Assembly: GCF_044704955.1 (NCBI RefSeq)
Contig: NC_091999.1
Coordinates: 24,056,001-24,120,000, forward strand
DNA: 64,000 nucleotides
Direction of reading: 5' to 3'
DNA from: Pristiophorus japonicus
Lineage: Eukaryota
Positions 49,239 to 61,852 of the stretch are shown here, one piece after another. The notes below the pieces were generated by a model. The model had not been told where the DNA came from. It made no database searches and was given only the letters and a program-made list of their open reading frames with translations. Position 1 is the stretch's first letter; every line of letters begins with the position of its first letter. The translations under genes and the position numbers were made by a program.

Positions 49239-50155
49239 CTGTAGAAAAGTTACAATAAAGGCCAATGAACTGGACAGTTCCAGAGACAATGGGGAAACTT
49301 TAATTCAATACAGATGGCGGGCTTTGGACGTGGAAATTTTTAAATTGATAAAATTCGGAATCCCGATCTCGCGCCCACTCCCGGTTGTAATATTATATTT
49401 GAGTAAAATATTTAAATGAGACTGGAATCTTCTATTTTAACCACCATTTGGTGTTTAACTGTCGCTGGTCCGGTTTGACACACTGTGTAAATCCCTGCAG
49501 TTATAGCTAGGCGGGGACTGCTGCACCCAGGTGGCAATTGCCCTTACACCTACCTCCTGGATCCAGGGGCCCTGCCTAATCCACCCCCCGCGATCCGAGA
49601 CCTCCTGACTCGGCTTCCAATCCTCCCGTTCTCCCGTTTGGCCTGTGAGACCACCGCGCCCACAACTCGCCTTCCTCATTTAAATTCTTCCAATTTCAGC
49701 TGGTTAGATGTGAGAGAAATGGACTCTCCGTTAAATTTTAACGCTTTTCCTTTTCCCCTCTGGGGCCTCTCTGGTTTTCCATCCCGCAGCAGAGGGAACA
49801 CAATCCTTCTCTCTGAATTCTTGAAGGATTGGTCTGGAAAATTACATAGAATTTACTGCACAGAATGATGAGATTTGGCCAACTGGTCTATGCCGGTGTG
49901 TATGTTCCACATCAGCCTCCTCTTAGCTCACTTAATCTAATCCTAATAACATACCTTCTATTCCTTTCTCGCTCATGGACTTATCCAGTTTCCCCTAAAA
50001 TACATAATGTCAGGTCCCAGAGTGCTGAGTTCGTGGAATTACCAAACTGAATGATCAGAGTAGCCCATTAAACACTTTATATAATGAATTGGCCCTTGAA
50101 CATGCACTGGAAATAGTCACAGTATCTCACTTATTGCATCAATCTCCCCGCTCAC

Positions 50156-50464
50156 CCTTTTCCTTGTGAATGGAATCTCTGATAGGAGACGGCATATCCT
50201 GATGGCTCACCACGCAGTAGAACTTATCCCCACTCAGCCAGTCTTGTGTCGAGATGTTTAAGTTGCTGATCACACTGTTGGGATCCTCTCCAGGTTGGAC
50301 GGCAATCTCTGATTTCAAAGCCTCCTTTTCTCGGGTCCAGGACACGGTGAGTCCATAAGGAGCGTCAGACACGATGCAGGTTAAGGTCACCGTCGCCTCC
50401 AGTAAGACCTGTTCCAGTGACGGTGGGCGAAGAGTGATTTTTGAATCGCTGCATGGGACATCCA
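50156..50464 (-). CDS. IGHM: IgM CH3 exon
   Basis: [43 protein letters not shown]; 309 nt, AG/GT. Confidence 0.96.
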
Positions 50465-51159
50465 CTGCGAAATAGGAATGAAAGTCAGGAAAATCTGCAG
50501 CTTCAGAATCAGGGCACCAATATTGAGCCTTAACTCTTCCAAGGGAGATATATCACTTTTGAGATATCAACCTCTCGCTGTTGCTTTAAGACCAGCGGTA
50601 TTGGAAGGACAATGAATTGGCAACGATTCCAGGAGATCTGTAACATTTCTTGTGTATTTGCAGCCAGAGCCACCTGTAATGGGCTGTGAAGCAAATACCC
50701 GGCGTAAAATGGAAATACATTGGGGCGCAATTGTGTTAGGCATTGAATAGTGCTCTTCCTGAAATCCCTTGCTCCTTTAAGCCCGTCTGTAGAACCTTGC
50801 ACCCAAATTCATCTCCGCTGGTTATAATAGCTGAAGCCCGAATAGCCCGAGGTTCAAGAGATCTACACCAGCATTATACTGGTTCAAATCCAGTGTCAAA
50901 TTAATTTCAGGATTTATGCGACAACAGGAAACAAAGTTAAGTTTCTGGTCTCTTGTTGCAGTGAAAATGTGCAGGAACCAGTCACAGCCCCCGTCAGATG
51001 AGACGTGCAAGGTCGGGAGAATGGAGTTCCAAGGGGTCTTTGTGGTGGGGCATCATTTGTAATGATGTGAGGTAGTTTGTTAACTTCTGTAATTACTGAA
51101 CATTTATCATGTCTGGTGAGAGAGACTCAGAGTGAAATATGACCTCAGGGCATTAATAG

Positions 51160-51670
51160 CAACATAGGAACAGGAGGAGGCCATTCAGTCCATCCATCCT
51201 GTCCCGCCAACCAGTTAGATCATGGCTGATCAACACTCAACACCATCTTCACGCCTTGGTTACGTAACCCTTGATAACCTTGCCGAACAAAAATCTATCA
51301 ATCTCACTTTTCAATTGAAAGCAAGCTTCATCAGCTTTTGGGGAGGGAAATATCGACTTGCACTATTCTTCCTGTGAGAAAATCCTTTCTAACATCACCT
51401 CTGCACGGCCTAACTCTAATGTTAAGGTTCTGCTACTTGTTCTGGACTCTCCCATCAAACTAAATAAATGTTTCTATATCTACTCGATCAATTCCATTTA
51501 TCAACTTAAACACCTCAATTGGATCATCTCTTAACGTTCTATACTCGTCTCCTGCTCATTTTACATTATTAGCCACGGTTTAATTCGGGTAAACCTGCAG
51601 TTTAGCGCCTCCATGTATATCCTTCCTGAGGTGCGGAGCCGAGAATTGGGCTCAGTGCTCTGAATAGGGT
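51160..51670 (-). mobile_element. Old CR1 3' fragment
   Basis: ataggaacaggaggaggccattcag 3' motif; decayed RT tail. Confidence 0.65.
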
Positions 51671-51849
51671 AGATGCCAATTCTAGCAGGATTCCTGGACA
51701 GTTGGCAGGAAAGGGTTCCAGACTCCGACAGCCACTCCGTATATGACCAGCCAACTCAGGATAAACCTGTGACTAAGGACACTTCACTCACTGCCTGACA
51801 TCAGAGCAAGAGGAAAGCTTCTTCGGCGAGGTTAATAAATCCTGATCAA

Positions 51850-52280
51850 TGAGGAATCCTGAACCAGAAGATCCTGGATTGAATTCCCACTCCAGATACT
51901 TGATCACAAAATGTAAGCTGAGTCTCCCAGTGCAGCACTGGGGGCATGGCACACGATCGGAGGTGCCGTCTGTCAGATCAGCTGTTAAACCGAGGATCTG
52001 TCTGGCCTCTCAGGTGGAGGTAAAAGATACCCTGGCATTACTTCAATGAAAAGCAGAGGAGTTCTCCCTGGTGGCATGGGAATATTTATCCCTCAAAAAA
52101 TATGACTCAAAAAAAATTGGTCATTATCACACTGCTGTTTGTGGGAGCTTGCTGTGCACTAAATGACTGCCGTACTTTGTAAATTACAACTGTGACCACA
52201 TTTCACAACTTAATTCATTGCCTGGCAAGCGCTTTGGTTCAGTCTGTGGTCGCTGAAAGCGCTGTATAAAGGCAAGTTTG
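51850..52280 (+). mobile_element. Deu-domain SINE
   Basis: tcggaggtgccgtc..gttaaaccgagg..ctcaggtggaggtaaaagat core. Confidence 0.65.
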
Positions 52281-52412
52281 TATCGCAAGAATACACAAAC
52301 TGCATGATTGGAAATTAGGAACAGTCCTCTGCTTTTTACTAATTCCAATAAAAGTCATGACTGAGGTCAGCGCTCAGAATGGTCTGGAACCTCCCGGGAT
52401 TGTGCCTCTTAC

Positions 52413-52730
52413 CCTGAGATCTGCTGAAGTTACGGCTTTGCGTGACCCCTTCATGAGTGATCTGGCAGGTGTAGACCGAGCCGGTGAACCATTCCTCGGC
52501 GGGGACCGTCAGCCGACTGGCCGTCGAGAAGTTCCCGTTCACCTTAAAGACGGGAGAGGTGATGAAGCCCGAATCCAGGAGTTGTCCACTTTTCAGCCAA
52601 TTCACGGTCAGTGACTTTGGCCGGAAATCGATGATTGAACACACGGCGCTTGCATATCTGCTGCTGGTGATTTGTTCAGTGGAACTCAGCGTGAGGAGAA
52701 CAGTTGGAGGAACGATGTCCCGTTCAGGAT
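52413..52730 (-). CDS. IGHM: IgM CH2 exon
   Basis: [35 protein letters not shown]; 318 nt, AG/GT. Confidence 0.96.
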
Positions 52731-52846
52731 CTTCAAAAAAAAACATATTACTGACATTGCTCGGAAAATAAATGATTAAGAAATGCAAGTGTCCTTATAT
52801 TTTAACAGGTTATTTGCTGTCAGGCTACATTAACCTGGCATTTACA

Positions 52847-53470
52847 GAGAGCAGAACTGTGCACATTATTCTCAGTGTAATAGGCAGACCAGAACTGTGC
52901 ATAATATTCTAAGTGCGATGTGGGGACCAGAACCATGCACAGTATTCTAAGTGTGATATGGAGACCAGAATTATGCATAATATTCTAAGTATGATATGGA
53001 GACCAGAACTTTACACCGTATTCTAAGTAGGTGATGGAAGCCAGAATTCAAACAATATTCTAAGTGTGATATGGAGAACAGAACTGTGTACAATATTCAA
53101 ACTGTGATGTGGAGACCGGAACTGTGCATAATATTCTAAGTATGATATGGAGACCAGAACTTTAGACACTATTCTAAGTATAAGAGGGAAACCAGAATTG
53201 TGAGTAATATTCTAAATGTGATAAGGAGACTAGAACTGTGCACAGTATTTTAAGTATTATATGGAAATCAGAACTGTACACAATACTCTAAGTGTAATAT
53301 GGAGATCAGAACTGTACACATTATTATAAGTATGATAGGGAGAGCAGAACTGTACACAGTACTCTAAGTGTGATTTGGAGGCCAGAACTGTGCACAGTAC
53401 TCCAAGTATGATATGGAGAGCAGAACTGTACACAGTACTCTAAGTGTGGTCTAACCAAATTTCTATACAA
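52847..53470. repeat. 38-bp minisatellite derived from CR1 ORF2 (about 16 copies)
   Basis: gagaccagaactgtgcacagtattctaagtgtgatatg; reverse complement encodes HLEYCAQFWSPY. Confidence 0.88.
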
Positions 53471-53525
53471 GTTGAATATAATTTCTCACCTTATCACAGT
53501 TTGCCCTGTATCCCACACCACTAAC

Positions 53526-53825
53526 CTGGCATTGTGATGGCCCAGACCGACACACCACGTCGAACCTCGCAATAGATTGTGCTGCTCCCCACATCTGACT
53601 CGGTGATGGTTAACTGGCTGCTCTGGGTGTAGGTTCCCTTCTTGTTGAGCACTGGCGGGTAGGTCTTCAATCCAGTGGTGATCGGCACTTTATCTTTCTT
53701 CCAGGAAAGGCTGGTGATATCGGGGGAGTAGTCCATCGCCAAACAGCCGTATGTGATGGAGCCATCGGTGCTTGGTTGTTCACAGGAGGAGAGCAGGGCG
53801 TAGAGGGTAGGGGGAGACGATGTTA
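53526..53825 (-). CDS. IGHM: IgM CH1 exon
   Basis: [39 protein letters not shown]; 300 nt, AG/GT. Confidence 0.96.
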
Positions 53826-54589
53826 CTGGGAAAGAATGGCCCATTGAACAAGTTAGACTCTGTAATCCATGATTATAAAAGAAATAAACAACTCGAAATT
53901 TGACTGCAGAATAAAGTAATTCCACCATTTCCCCATCAAAGATTACACGGGCATTTGAGTTTCTGTCAGTTCCATGATAAGCACCTGTCAATGCGCTGGT
54001 CAGGAACACACCTTTCTCTCCCCGAGCTCTATCACATTACACAACAAGAACCTTTACACAACTCGTCAATAAAGAATCCTTCATTGGAACATACAATGGA
54101 AGAACAGAGATGTGTTCCTGCTATTTCGGCCAGCATTTATTTCTCAATCAGCACCATTTCTGGTCCTTTTTTTAATGCAGTTTGGGGAAATTTGCTCTGT
54201 GCACATTGCCTGCGGCGTATCCCTAGAAAACAACAGTGACTGCACTTCAAAGTAACAGCGGAATTCCTGCTTCGGACGTTAGCAAAAAACCCACTAAATT
54301 TGCCTACCACATAATTCAACACGTAGCATTTCCATAGTCTAGTTTCTAAGATTCAAACTGTAGGTGAACCGCGATTGAGTCGAATTTCTCCCTTTCTTTC
54401 TCAGCATTTGATTGAGAGCGATGTCCCTCAGTGCACTGTGATCTGGGCTCTATTCCATCCTATTGATTGCATGTCCCTTGAGTTTCCTCCTCCCTCCCAC
54501 TCAATTAATAATCCGAATAAAATACCATTCCAAAATCTGGTTAATTGGAAGTTTCTCCTTAAATGGCCCATTTCAATTGCTATTGTTGT

Positions 54590-55490
54590 TCTTGTTATAT
54601 AACAATGATCTGGACTTGGTTATAGGGAATACAATTTCGAAGTTCGAAGGTGATGCAAAACCTGGCAACGTAGCCAATAGTGAGCATGATAGCAGCAGAC
54701 TCCATGAGGGTGATAAATGAAATGGATCAGGACATAGCAATTGCAATTTAATGCGAATCATTGAGAAGCAATGCACATTGGGTGGAAGATGGAGATGCAG
54801 TATAATCTAAGTAGTATTGTTTGGAGGGGATGCACGAATAGAGAGATCTAGATGTACATATTCACAAATCTTTGAAGGGGGGCAGGGCAAACTGGTAAGA
54901 CAGTTATGAAAGCGTATGGGATAGATGACTTTGTAAATGGGCCATTGACTACAAAAACAAGGCGGTTATGCTAAACTTACAGATCACGTGTTAGACGTAT
55001 TGTGCACAATTCTGTAACAACAATGTAGGAAGGATGTCAAGCCCTTGGGGAGTGTAGAGGGGAGGCTTTTACCAGGATGATGCCAGGGATGTGGTCTTCA
55101 GTTATGTGGAAAGATTGGAGAAGCTGTGCCGTTCTCCTTAGAGCAGAGGTTAAGAGGAGACCTAAGAGAGATATTCAACATTATGACAGGTTTTGATATA
55201 GCAAGTAGGGAGAAACTGCTTCCGCTGGAAAGTAGGTGGGTAACTAAAGATCACAGATTTAAAATAATTGGCAAAAGATCAAAAGGGAAAATTGGGGTAA
55301 TTTTTTCACACAGAGGGTTGGTAATTTCAGGAATGCTCCAGGCAGTTCCTCCTGTACTTCAGGAGGACTCATGTGCACGTTTACAAGGAAAACCCTGGTG
55401 AGTTTGGCTAAATTGGACAGCTCTTTCAGAACCGGCACAAGCACGATGCCTGAATGGCCTGTTTCAGTGCTGTGAGATACTATCATTCTA
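54590..55490 (+). mobile_element. Old, decayed CR1 RT/3' fragment
   Basis: NDLDLVIGNTISKFEGDAK; FSLEQRLRGDLREIF. Confidence 0.75.
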
Positions 55491-56199
55491 CACGAGTCAG
55501 TGGGAATAGCTCTTCTACAATTAATGGAAGGAAACGCTTCATATTTTGGACACCTCTACCAGATCTATTTTTATTGTTCGTTAAAATGAAAGAGGATATT
55601 TAAAATAAAGGGATCTTATAAATCTGACGCAAATTACTCAATCGCATGTTATTAGAAAGGCTTAAATTCATTACGAATGATGACTTATTTCAGGTTGACT
55701 CTATCTCTTTAAATGTTTCACAAATTGCAGCTCAGTGACTGTGTGCCTTGTGTTGTGACCCAGGCCAATAGCTGCATCTCATCAAAGTTTCTCCCTGCCT
55801 TGAACATTACAGGAAAAATTGGACAAAATATTGTTTCTAAACTTGAGGTCCCCATGACGGTTATTTGAAGCGGCAGTCCCTATATTCTCCATTTAAATTG
55901 TGAAAATAACTTACAGCCTCCCAACAGATCAGAACAGGCGCTGCTTTCTGGAGCGTTATTCACTTCCTGAAACGATTTGTTCTGAAAGTGAGCTGAGGAT
56001 CAGGCCAATCGTGTTCAATAGTAATCTAATGCTCAAAATGTTCAAACATTAATAACGTATTAAAAATTGGGCATTTTTTTCAGAAAGAATAGAAACATCA
56101 ATGAATGTGCGTTGTTTAATCTGGGCAATGGGACGATTTATTGTGTATATCTGGCACGAGTAGTTTATCTGCTATCTGTAAGTCGCAGATAACGGTGCC

Positions 56200-56880
56200 T
56201 TGAACATTGCCTGACCAAGCACTCTCAGGTCAGATACAGCACGGATAAGAGAACAAAGCTCCCGCTGTGCTGCCGTGTGGGTCAGGACAGGTATAGCAAG
56301 TGTTGCACACAGAGTAATATGTTATCTATACTATCCCGTCAAACATTCCCAGCTCAAGAACTGCAGAGATGTGCTACGAAATGTCTCCCCATAAAATGCG
56401 TTATCAAATTGACCGATTAATTAAGCACAATTATCACAAGTACAAAGAAAAGCTTCCCATACACTGATCCATTAAAGCGCACCCACTGACATATAGCTCT
56501 GATTAAATAGAAGATCAATCTATATTGAAGGACCCAATTAAGCTCCGCGTCCTTGTAAATAAAAGGTTAAATACTGAGTAAAGCTATCTCTGCAATGTCC
56601 CATCAAGCACTGCCAGCTAAGGTAAAGCACGGGTTAGTTGCAAAGTAAAGCTCCCTCTTCACTGTCATATCAAACACTCCCAGGGCAGGTACGGCACGAG
56701 TTAGATAAAAAGTAAATTTCCCTCCACACTGCTAATTAAACACATTCACGGCAGGTACAGTAAGGCTTGGATAAAGAATAAAGCTTTCTCTACACTGTCC
56801 CATCATACACTCCCAAGACAGGTACAGAATAATCTTCCTCTACAGTGTCCCATCAAACAGTCTCAGTGCAGGTACAATAT
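56200..56880. repeat. Degenerate about 67-bp satellite array
   Basis: gtaaagctccctctacactgtcccatcaaacactcccagggcaggtacagc units. Confidence 0.8.
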
Positions 56881-56960
56881 TGCCAAAATAAATTGGAGCA
56901 CCCATCAGATCGGACGAGGCGCTGCTTTCCTGAAACTGTTTGTTCGGAAAGTGAGCTTAG

Positions 56961-57770
56961 AAACATTGAAACATAGCAACATAGAAAATAGGTGCAGGAG
57001 CAGGCCATTCGGCCCTTCGAGCTTGCACCGCCATTCAATGAGTTCATGGCTGAACATGCAACTTCAGTAACCCATTCCTGCTTTCTCGCCATACCCCTTG
57101 ATCCCCCGAGTAGTAAGGACGTCATCTAACTCCTTTTTGAATATATTTAGTGAATTGGCCTCAACAACATTCTGTGGCTGAGAATTCCACACGTTCACCA
57201 CTCTCTGGGTGAAGAAGTTTCTCCTAATCTCGGTACTAAATGGCTTACCCCTTATCCTTAGACTGTGACCCCTGATTCTGGACTTTCCCAACATTGGGAA
57301 CATTCTTCCTGCATCTAACCTGTCTAAACCCGTCAGAATTTAAAAGGTTTCTATGAGATCCCCTCTCATTCTTCTGAACTCCAGTGAATACAAGCCTAGT
57401 TGATCCAGTCTTTCTTGATATGTCATTCCCGCCAGCCTGGAAATCAGTCTGGTGAACCTTCGCTGCACTCCCTCAATAGCAAGAATGTCCTTCCTCAAGT
57501 TAGGAGACCAAAATTGTACACAATACTCCAGGTGTGGCCTCACCAAGACCCTGTACAACTGTAATAACACCTCCCTTCCCTGTACTCAAATCCTCTCGCT
57601 ATGAAGGCCAACATGCCATTTGCTTTCTTAACCGCCTGCTGTACCTGCATGACAACCTTCAATAAATTATGTACTATGATACCCAGGTCTCGTTGCACCT
57701 CCCCTTTTCTTAATCTGTCATCATTCAGATAATAATCTGCCTCTCTGTTTTTACCACCAAAGTGGATAAC
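56961..57770 (-). mobile_element. CR1 3' fragment flanked by a cttag duplication
   Basis: RPHLEYCVQFWSPNL; cttag at 56956-56960 and 57771-57775. Confidence 0.88.
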
Positions 57771-58049
57771 CTTAGGATCAGACCAATCTCATTCAATAAT
57801 TATCTGATGCTCAAACTGTATAAACATTACTAATTTGTTACATGCAGATTGAAGTTTCTTCAATATTTTTAGAAAATCACTCAAATGAGATAAAAAATAG
57901 ATTCGATAGAGTAAATCTCCCTCGTCACTGATCTGTCTGGCGCTGTAAGGTCATGTAAAGCAAATGATGAATGCATATTAAACTACACTACCCTGTAAGA
58001 CGGGTCAAATATAACAAGGTTTAGATTCCGAGTAAAATTATTTCTGTAC

Positions 58050-58310
58050 TGTGCCATCAATCCGCACAGGGCAGGTACAGCATGGGTCAAGATACAGAGT
58101 AAAGCTCCCTCTACATTGTCCCATCAAACATGCCCAGAGCAGGTACAGTATGGGTCAGATACAGAGTAACACTCCCTCTACACTGTCCCATCAAACACTC
58201 CCAGGGCACATACAGCATGGGCTAGATACAGAGTAAAGCTCCTTCTGCCCTGTCCCATCAAACACTCCCAGGGCAGGTACAACCGGGTTAGAAACTGATT
58301 AAAGCTCCTT
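58050..58310. repeat. About 67-bp satellite array
   Basis: Same unit as 56200-56880. Confidence 0.85.
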
Positions 58311-60969
58311 CTACTGTCTCCCCGTGGTGTTTCGGAACTGCTCCTTCTGATTACCACAATCTGAGTTACCGATTTCATTTCTGCGGCGACTCCTCAAACT
58401 TAAATTAAATCTTTCACTTTTCTCACATATACCAGTTTCTTAAATAACTGAGTTAAATTACACTCTCCGCAATACAGAATCACAACCCAGAAGGTTTACA
58501 ACCAGTCAGAAGGACTCCTGATTCTCACACAGTGAGCAGGCGCACAGAAACAGAACAGACACAAACGGTGCAACAATGGTGCTCCAGGCAGAGAGTCCAG
58601 TTCAATCTCTTAATTTCAATTAAGCTGTTTGATTTCTAATTTATTTCTTGTCAATTTCCAACCACCTCAACTCTGCAAATTTTTTGAAATTAAACTGATA
58701 TTAATTTGAGAGACTCTGCAACATCCAGCCATTTTCCCATCTCTGTCAGCTATCTTCTAAACCGTGCAAAAATTAACTCCCCTGAAAGCAAGTATCTGGA
58801 AATAATTCACATTCCAATGAATTTGCTGCCCGTCACATGGGACTCGGTGACAGAATAAGAATGTCACAATCCAGGAGACATCTACATTGAAACCTGATCA
58901 CCCACTGATTTGATATATTTTCATCAGTAAACATAACGTGTAAAATCATCGAGGCAAAACAGGAAGTTAATTCACTAAAATCTGCAGCGGCACCTTATCG
59001 AACTCAGCACAGCCGAGTTATAAATGCATTGATTTATAAATTAATTTAGGAATTAATTAAACATTCTCTCCAACCATTGAGGTTTTGCAATAACTATAAT
59101 ACGAACCAGTATGCAACGCAATTGCAAGGGATCGTTTATGGTTAATAAATGATCACTGATGTTACATTCTAATTAATGTTCATGTTCGCTGATTATTGAA
59201 AATAATCTGAGTGCCTGTCTGGCCCTTCCTCCTCAGAAGCACACTTACCTGGAACATTTGAAATTAACTTAATGTGCAGAATTTCAGCCTTACTAATACA
59301 GCCGAAATTTGTTATTGAGAGACAGCTTTTGGTCTTGCAAAGTGTTCAAGATTAGTTTAGTGATAATTCTATCAAACAACACACACTATTTATTCAATAA
59401 CAAATTTCGGCTGCACAGTAAGAATGTAATACCCCGGCAGATATATTAAATGGAAAAAATGCAATTTACAACACGGCTTTAAGTTACAAATAATTGTGCT
59501 CAGTCATGCATCTGTGTAAACAGGAGGTAGCAAGTAATTGAAAACCCTAATCAATCTGAACACAGCGCTGGAATCAGTCTGTTGTCAGTGAAATAATTGC
59601 AGGCATAATTAATAACTGTATCGAGCCTCTAAAAGTTTCCGCTCCCTTTAACGGTGCCCAGTATAGAGCAGGATTTTAGAAGGCAAATAATATTAAGTAA
59701 ATGAGCATTGGACTTATAGCATATTTTAATAACACTGGAAGATATCGCATTATAATCGGTTGGTTAATATTAATTTAATTCAACTACAACCTGAACACTT
59801 GTTAATTATGTATATGGTAATTAGTTACATTTCACACAATAAAATATCAGCATCGTAAACATAGATTAATAGTTGAATATATAATTATCACTTCAATAAT
59901 TGTTATGTTAAAATACATTTCAATGATTTATGATTTCTAACACCTTCCTGTTCTCTGCCTACAATCTGTTTCCAAACAGTTTCAAACATATATCATTATT
60001 GCATTCGAGCGTAAACCTGCTGCTGCTCGCTGACACCGATATTAAACATTGTAGAAACGCCAAACAGCTTCACAAATTCTAGGTATTCTGAGTAACACAG
60101 GCACAAACTCTCCTCAGCAGATCAACACTAAATCACATCACTGAGGGGCGGAATCCCTCGACAGAATCTTTCATGGAGCAGACCCTTCATTCTATAAACT
60201 CTTTCAGCAGAATCAAATGTATCCTTGCAAAAAATCTCATTACACAATCACCAAACCCGCCTAACAATGAAATAACTAATGATTGAATTCAACAGAAATG
60301 TAAATACTGACAGCAGAATTGTGATTTGACAGATCATGCTAAATAAATTAATGTTCATATTATAGCATATTTAATAATAATTTGTGATATTACTACATTA
60401 TAATAATGTTAGTAATATTAATTTAAATCTTCCGGCTGGAAATGTGTTAATTTTTCAGTTCTTAATTACAGTAACACTTCACGTATTTAATCTGAGCGTT
60501 CGGGATCATTTGCGCAGTCGATGACAATGTAATTTTCATTAGAAAACATTAAATTCCTTAAGATTATTTACTGATCGCTAAGCTTTCTGTTTTGTGCCTA
60601 CAAAGTTCCTTTAAATAGATTTAAACACAATGTTTGCATTCGATCAGAAGAACTGCAACAATCAGAGGTCACCGAGATTAAACATTGCAGAAACGTCAAA
60701 CAGTGTAACAACCATAAACTATTTAAAGTAACCCAGGCACACAGTCGCGTCAGCGAATAAACAACAAAAATCATCAACAACATTTTCTGTGGAGAAACTG
60801 TTGAATTCTATAATCACTTTGCAGCAGAATCACATTGAGCATTGCAAAAAATCTCAAAACAAAATCCACCGAACCCAAGTTTCAGTGAACAAAATAATTA
60901 TTAAAATAAACAAAAATATAAAATAAAGACACAAATACAAGAGTTACTGAATGAGTGAATGTTCCTTAC

Positions 60970-61019
60970 CTGCAGTCACCGTCACCATGGTCCCTTGTCC
61001 CCAGTAGCCCATTTCGTTA
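60970..61019 (-). CDS. IGHJ: IgH joining segment, probably pre-joined D2-J (NEMGYWGQGTMVTVTA)
   Basis: WGQG motif; donor G|GTAAGG; flanked by a 12-spacer RSS. Confidence 0.92.
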
Positions 61020-61047
61020 CACAGTGAGACACGTTGTATCAAATACT
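61020..61047 (-). promoter_or_regulatory. 12-RSS upstream of (D)J
   Basis: CACAGTG + agacacgttgta (12) + TCAAATACT. Confidence 0.9.
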
Positions 61048-61362
61048 CCGGCGGACTGTTAACTGTAAAATACAGAAATTAAATTGCACGCAGCTTTAAA
61101 AACCTGATTCTGACTCCCCTATGAGTGAATCAGTGAGATATTTCAGTTTGTACCGTTCATTATATTTATAAAAAATGATTGGAATACTTCTGAAGCAGCT
61201 GTGCAGATTCAGCATGGCAATCAAGAGTAATAAAGCAGAAAAATGTGATACATTTAAATATATATATATCTTACTTCTACTCATTATTTTTATTTAAACC
61301 TCAGTTTCTTCGACGCTCCTGCCGTGGTAGCGATCGCATGTTTGTGCAAATTACATGTCTGG

Positions 61363-61445
61363 GGTTTTTGTATGGAAAGCTCGCTCTGTATAGTACCGTG
61401 GCCCACTGCTGTAGTCCCACAGTGACAGGAACCCGCACAAATACT
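61363..61445 (-). other. IgH diversity segment D1 (coding 61401-61417, GGACTACAGCAGTGGGC) with 5' 12-RSS and 3' 22-RSS
   Basis: CACAGTG-12-ACAAATACT on the V side; CACGGTA-22-ACAAAAACC on the J side; all three frames open. Confidence 0.93.
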
Positions 61446-61852
61446 GCCCTCACTCTCTGCTCAGTACTGACTCTCAACGTACACTTCAAATAGACATTCA
61501 CTTCAAATACACATTCGCTTCTGATCAAGTTTAGAATTTAGCCAACAGTTTACACAACACAATAGAAAGTGAACACACTTCCAACCAGCTCCCTGCATGT
61601 ACCAGGCACAGTGAATCGAGCATCATCTCCAGCTCTGCAATTGCTGACACTGTTCACATTAAACAGGAGCACAACCAAAACTACCCCTCAGTACATGGGT
61701 TAGTGTGTTAGATTTTCAACATTGAATTCTCAGTGTCTTAGTTTTGTAAGAAGCGGTTTATGGTCTTGTTCTGAACACTGTTGTTAACATTGCATTTGAC
61801 ACACTTACTGACTGTCAGGTTATGATGGAAATTGTTGAATTCCCTCTCGATC

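Noticed and set aside
48847-53825. Alternative isotype calls (IgW, IgNAR, IgM1gj)
   Set aside because: Four C exons with mu-type sequences, a mu secretory tail and a conventional VH; CH2 is present and V is not joined.
58528-58570. CACAGTG in the J-C intron as a possible second J RSS
   Set aside because: Poor nonamer and no adjacent WGxG coding sequence or splice donor.
61607-61645. CACAGTG between V and D1 as a possible extra D segment
   Set aside because: No acceptable nonamer at 12 or 22/23 nt and no opposing heptamer.
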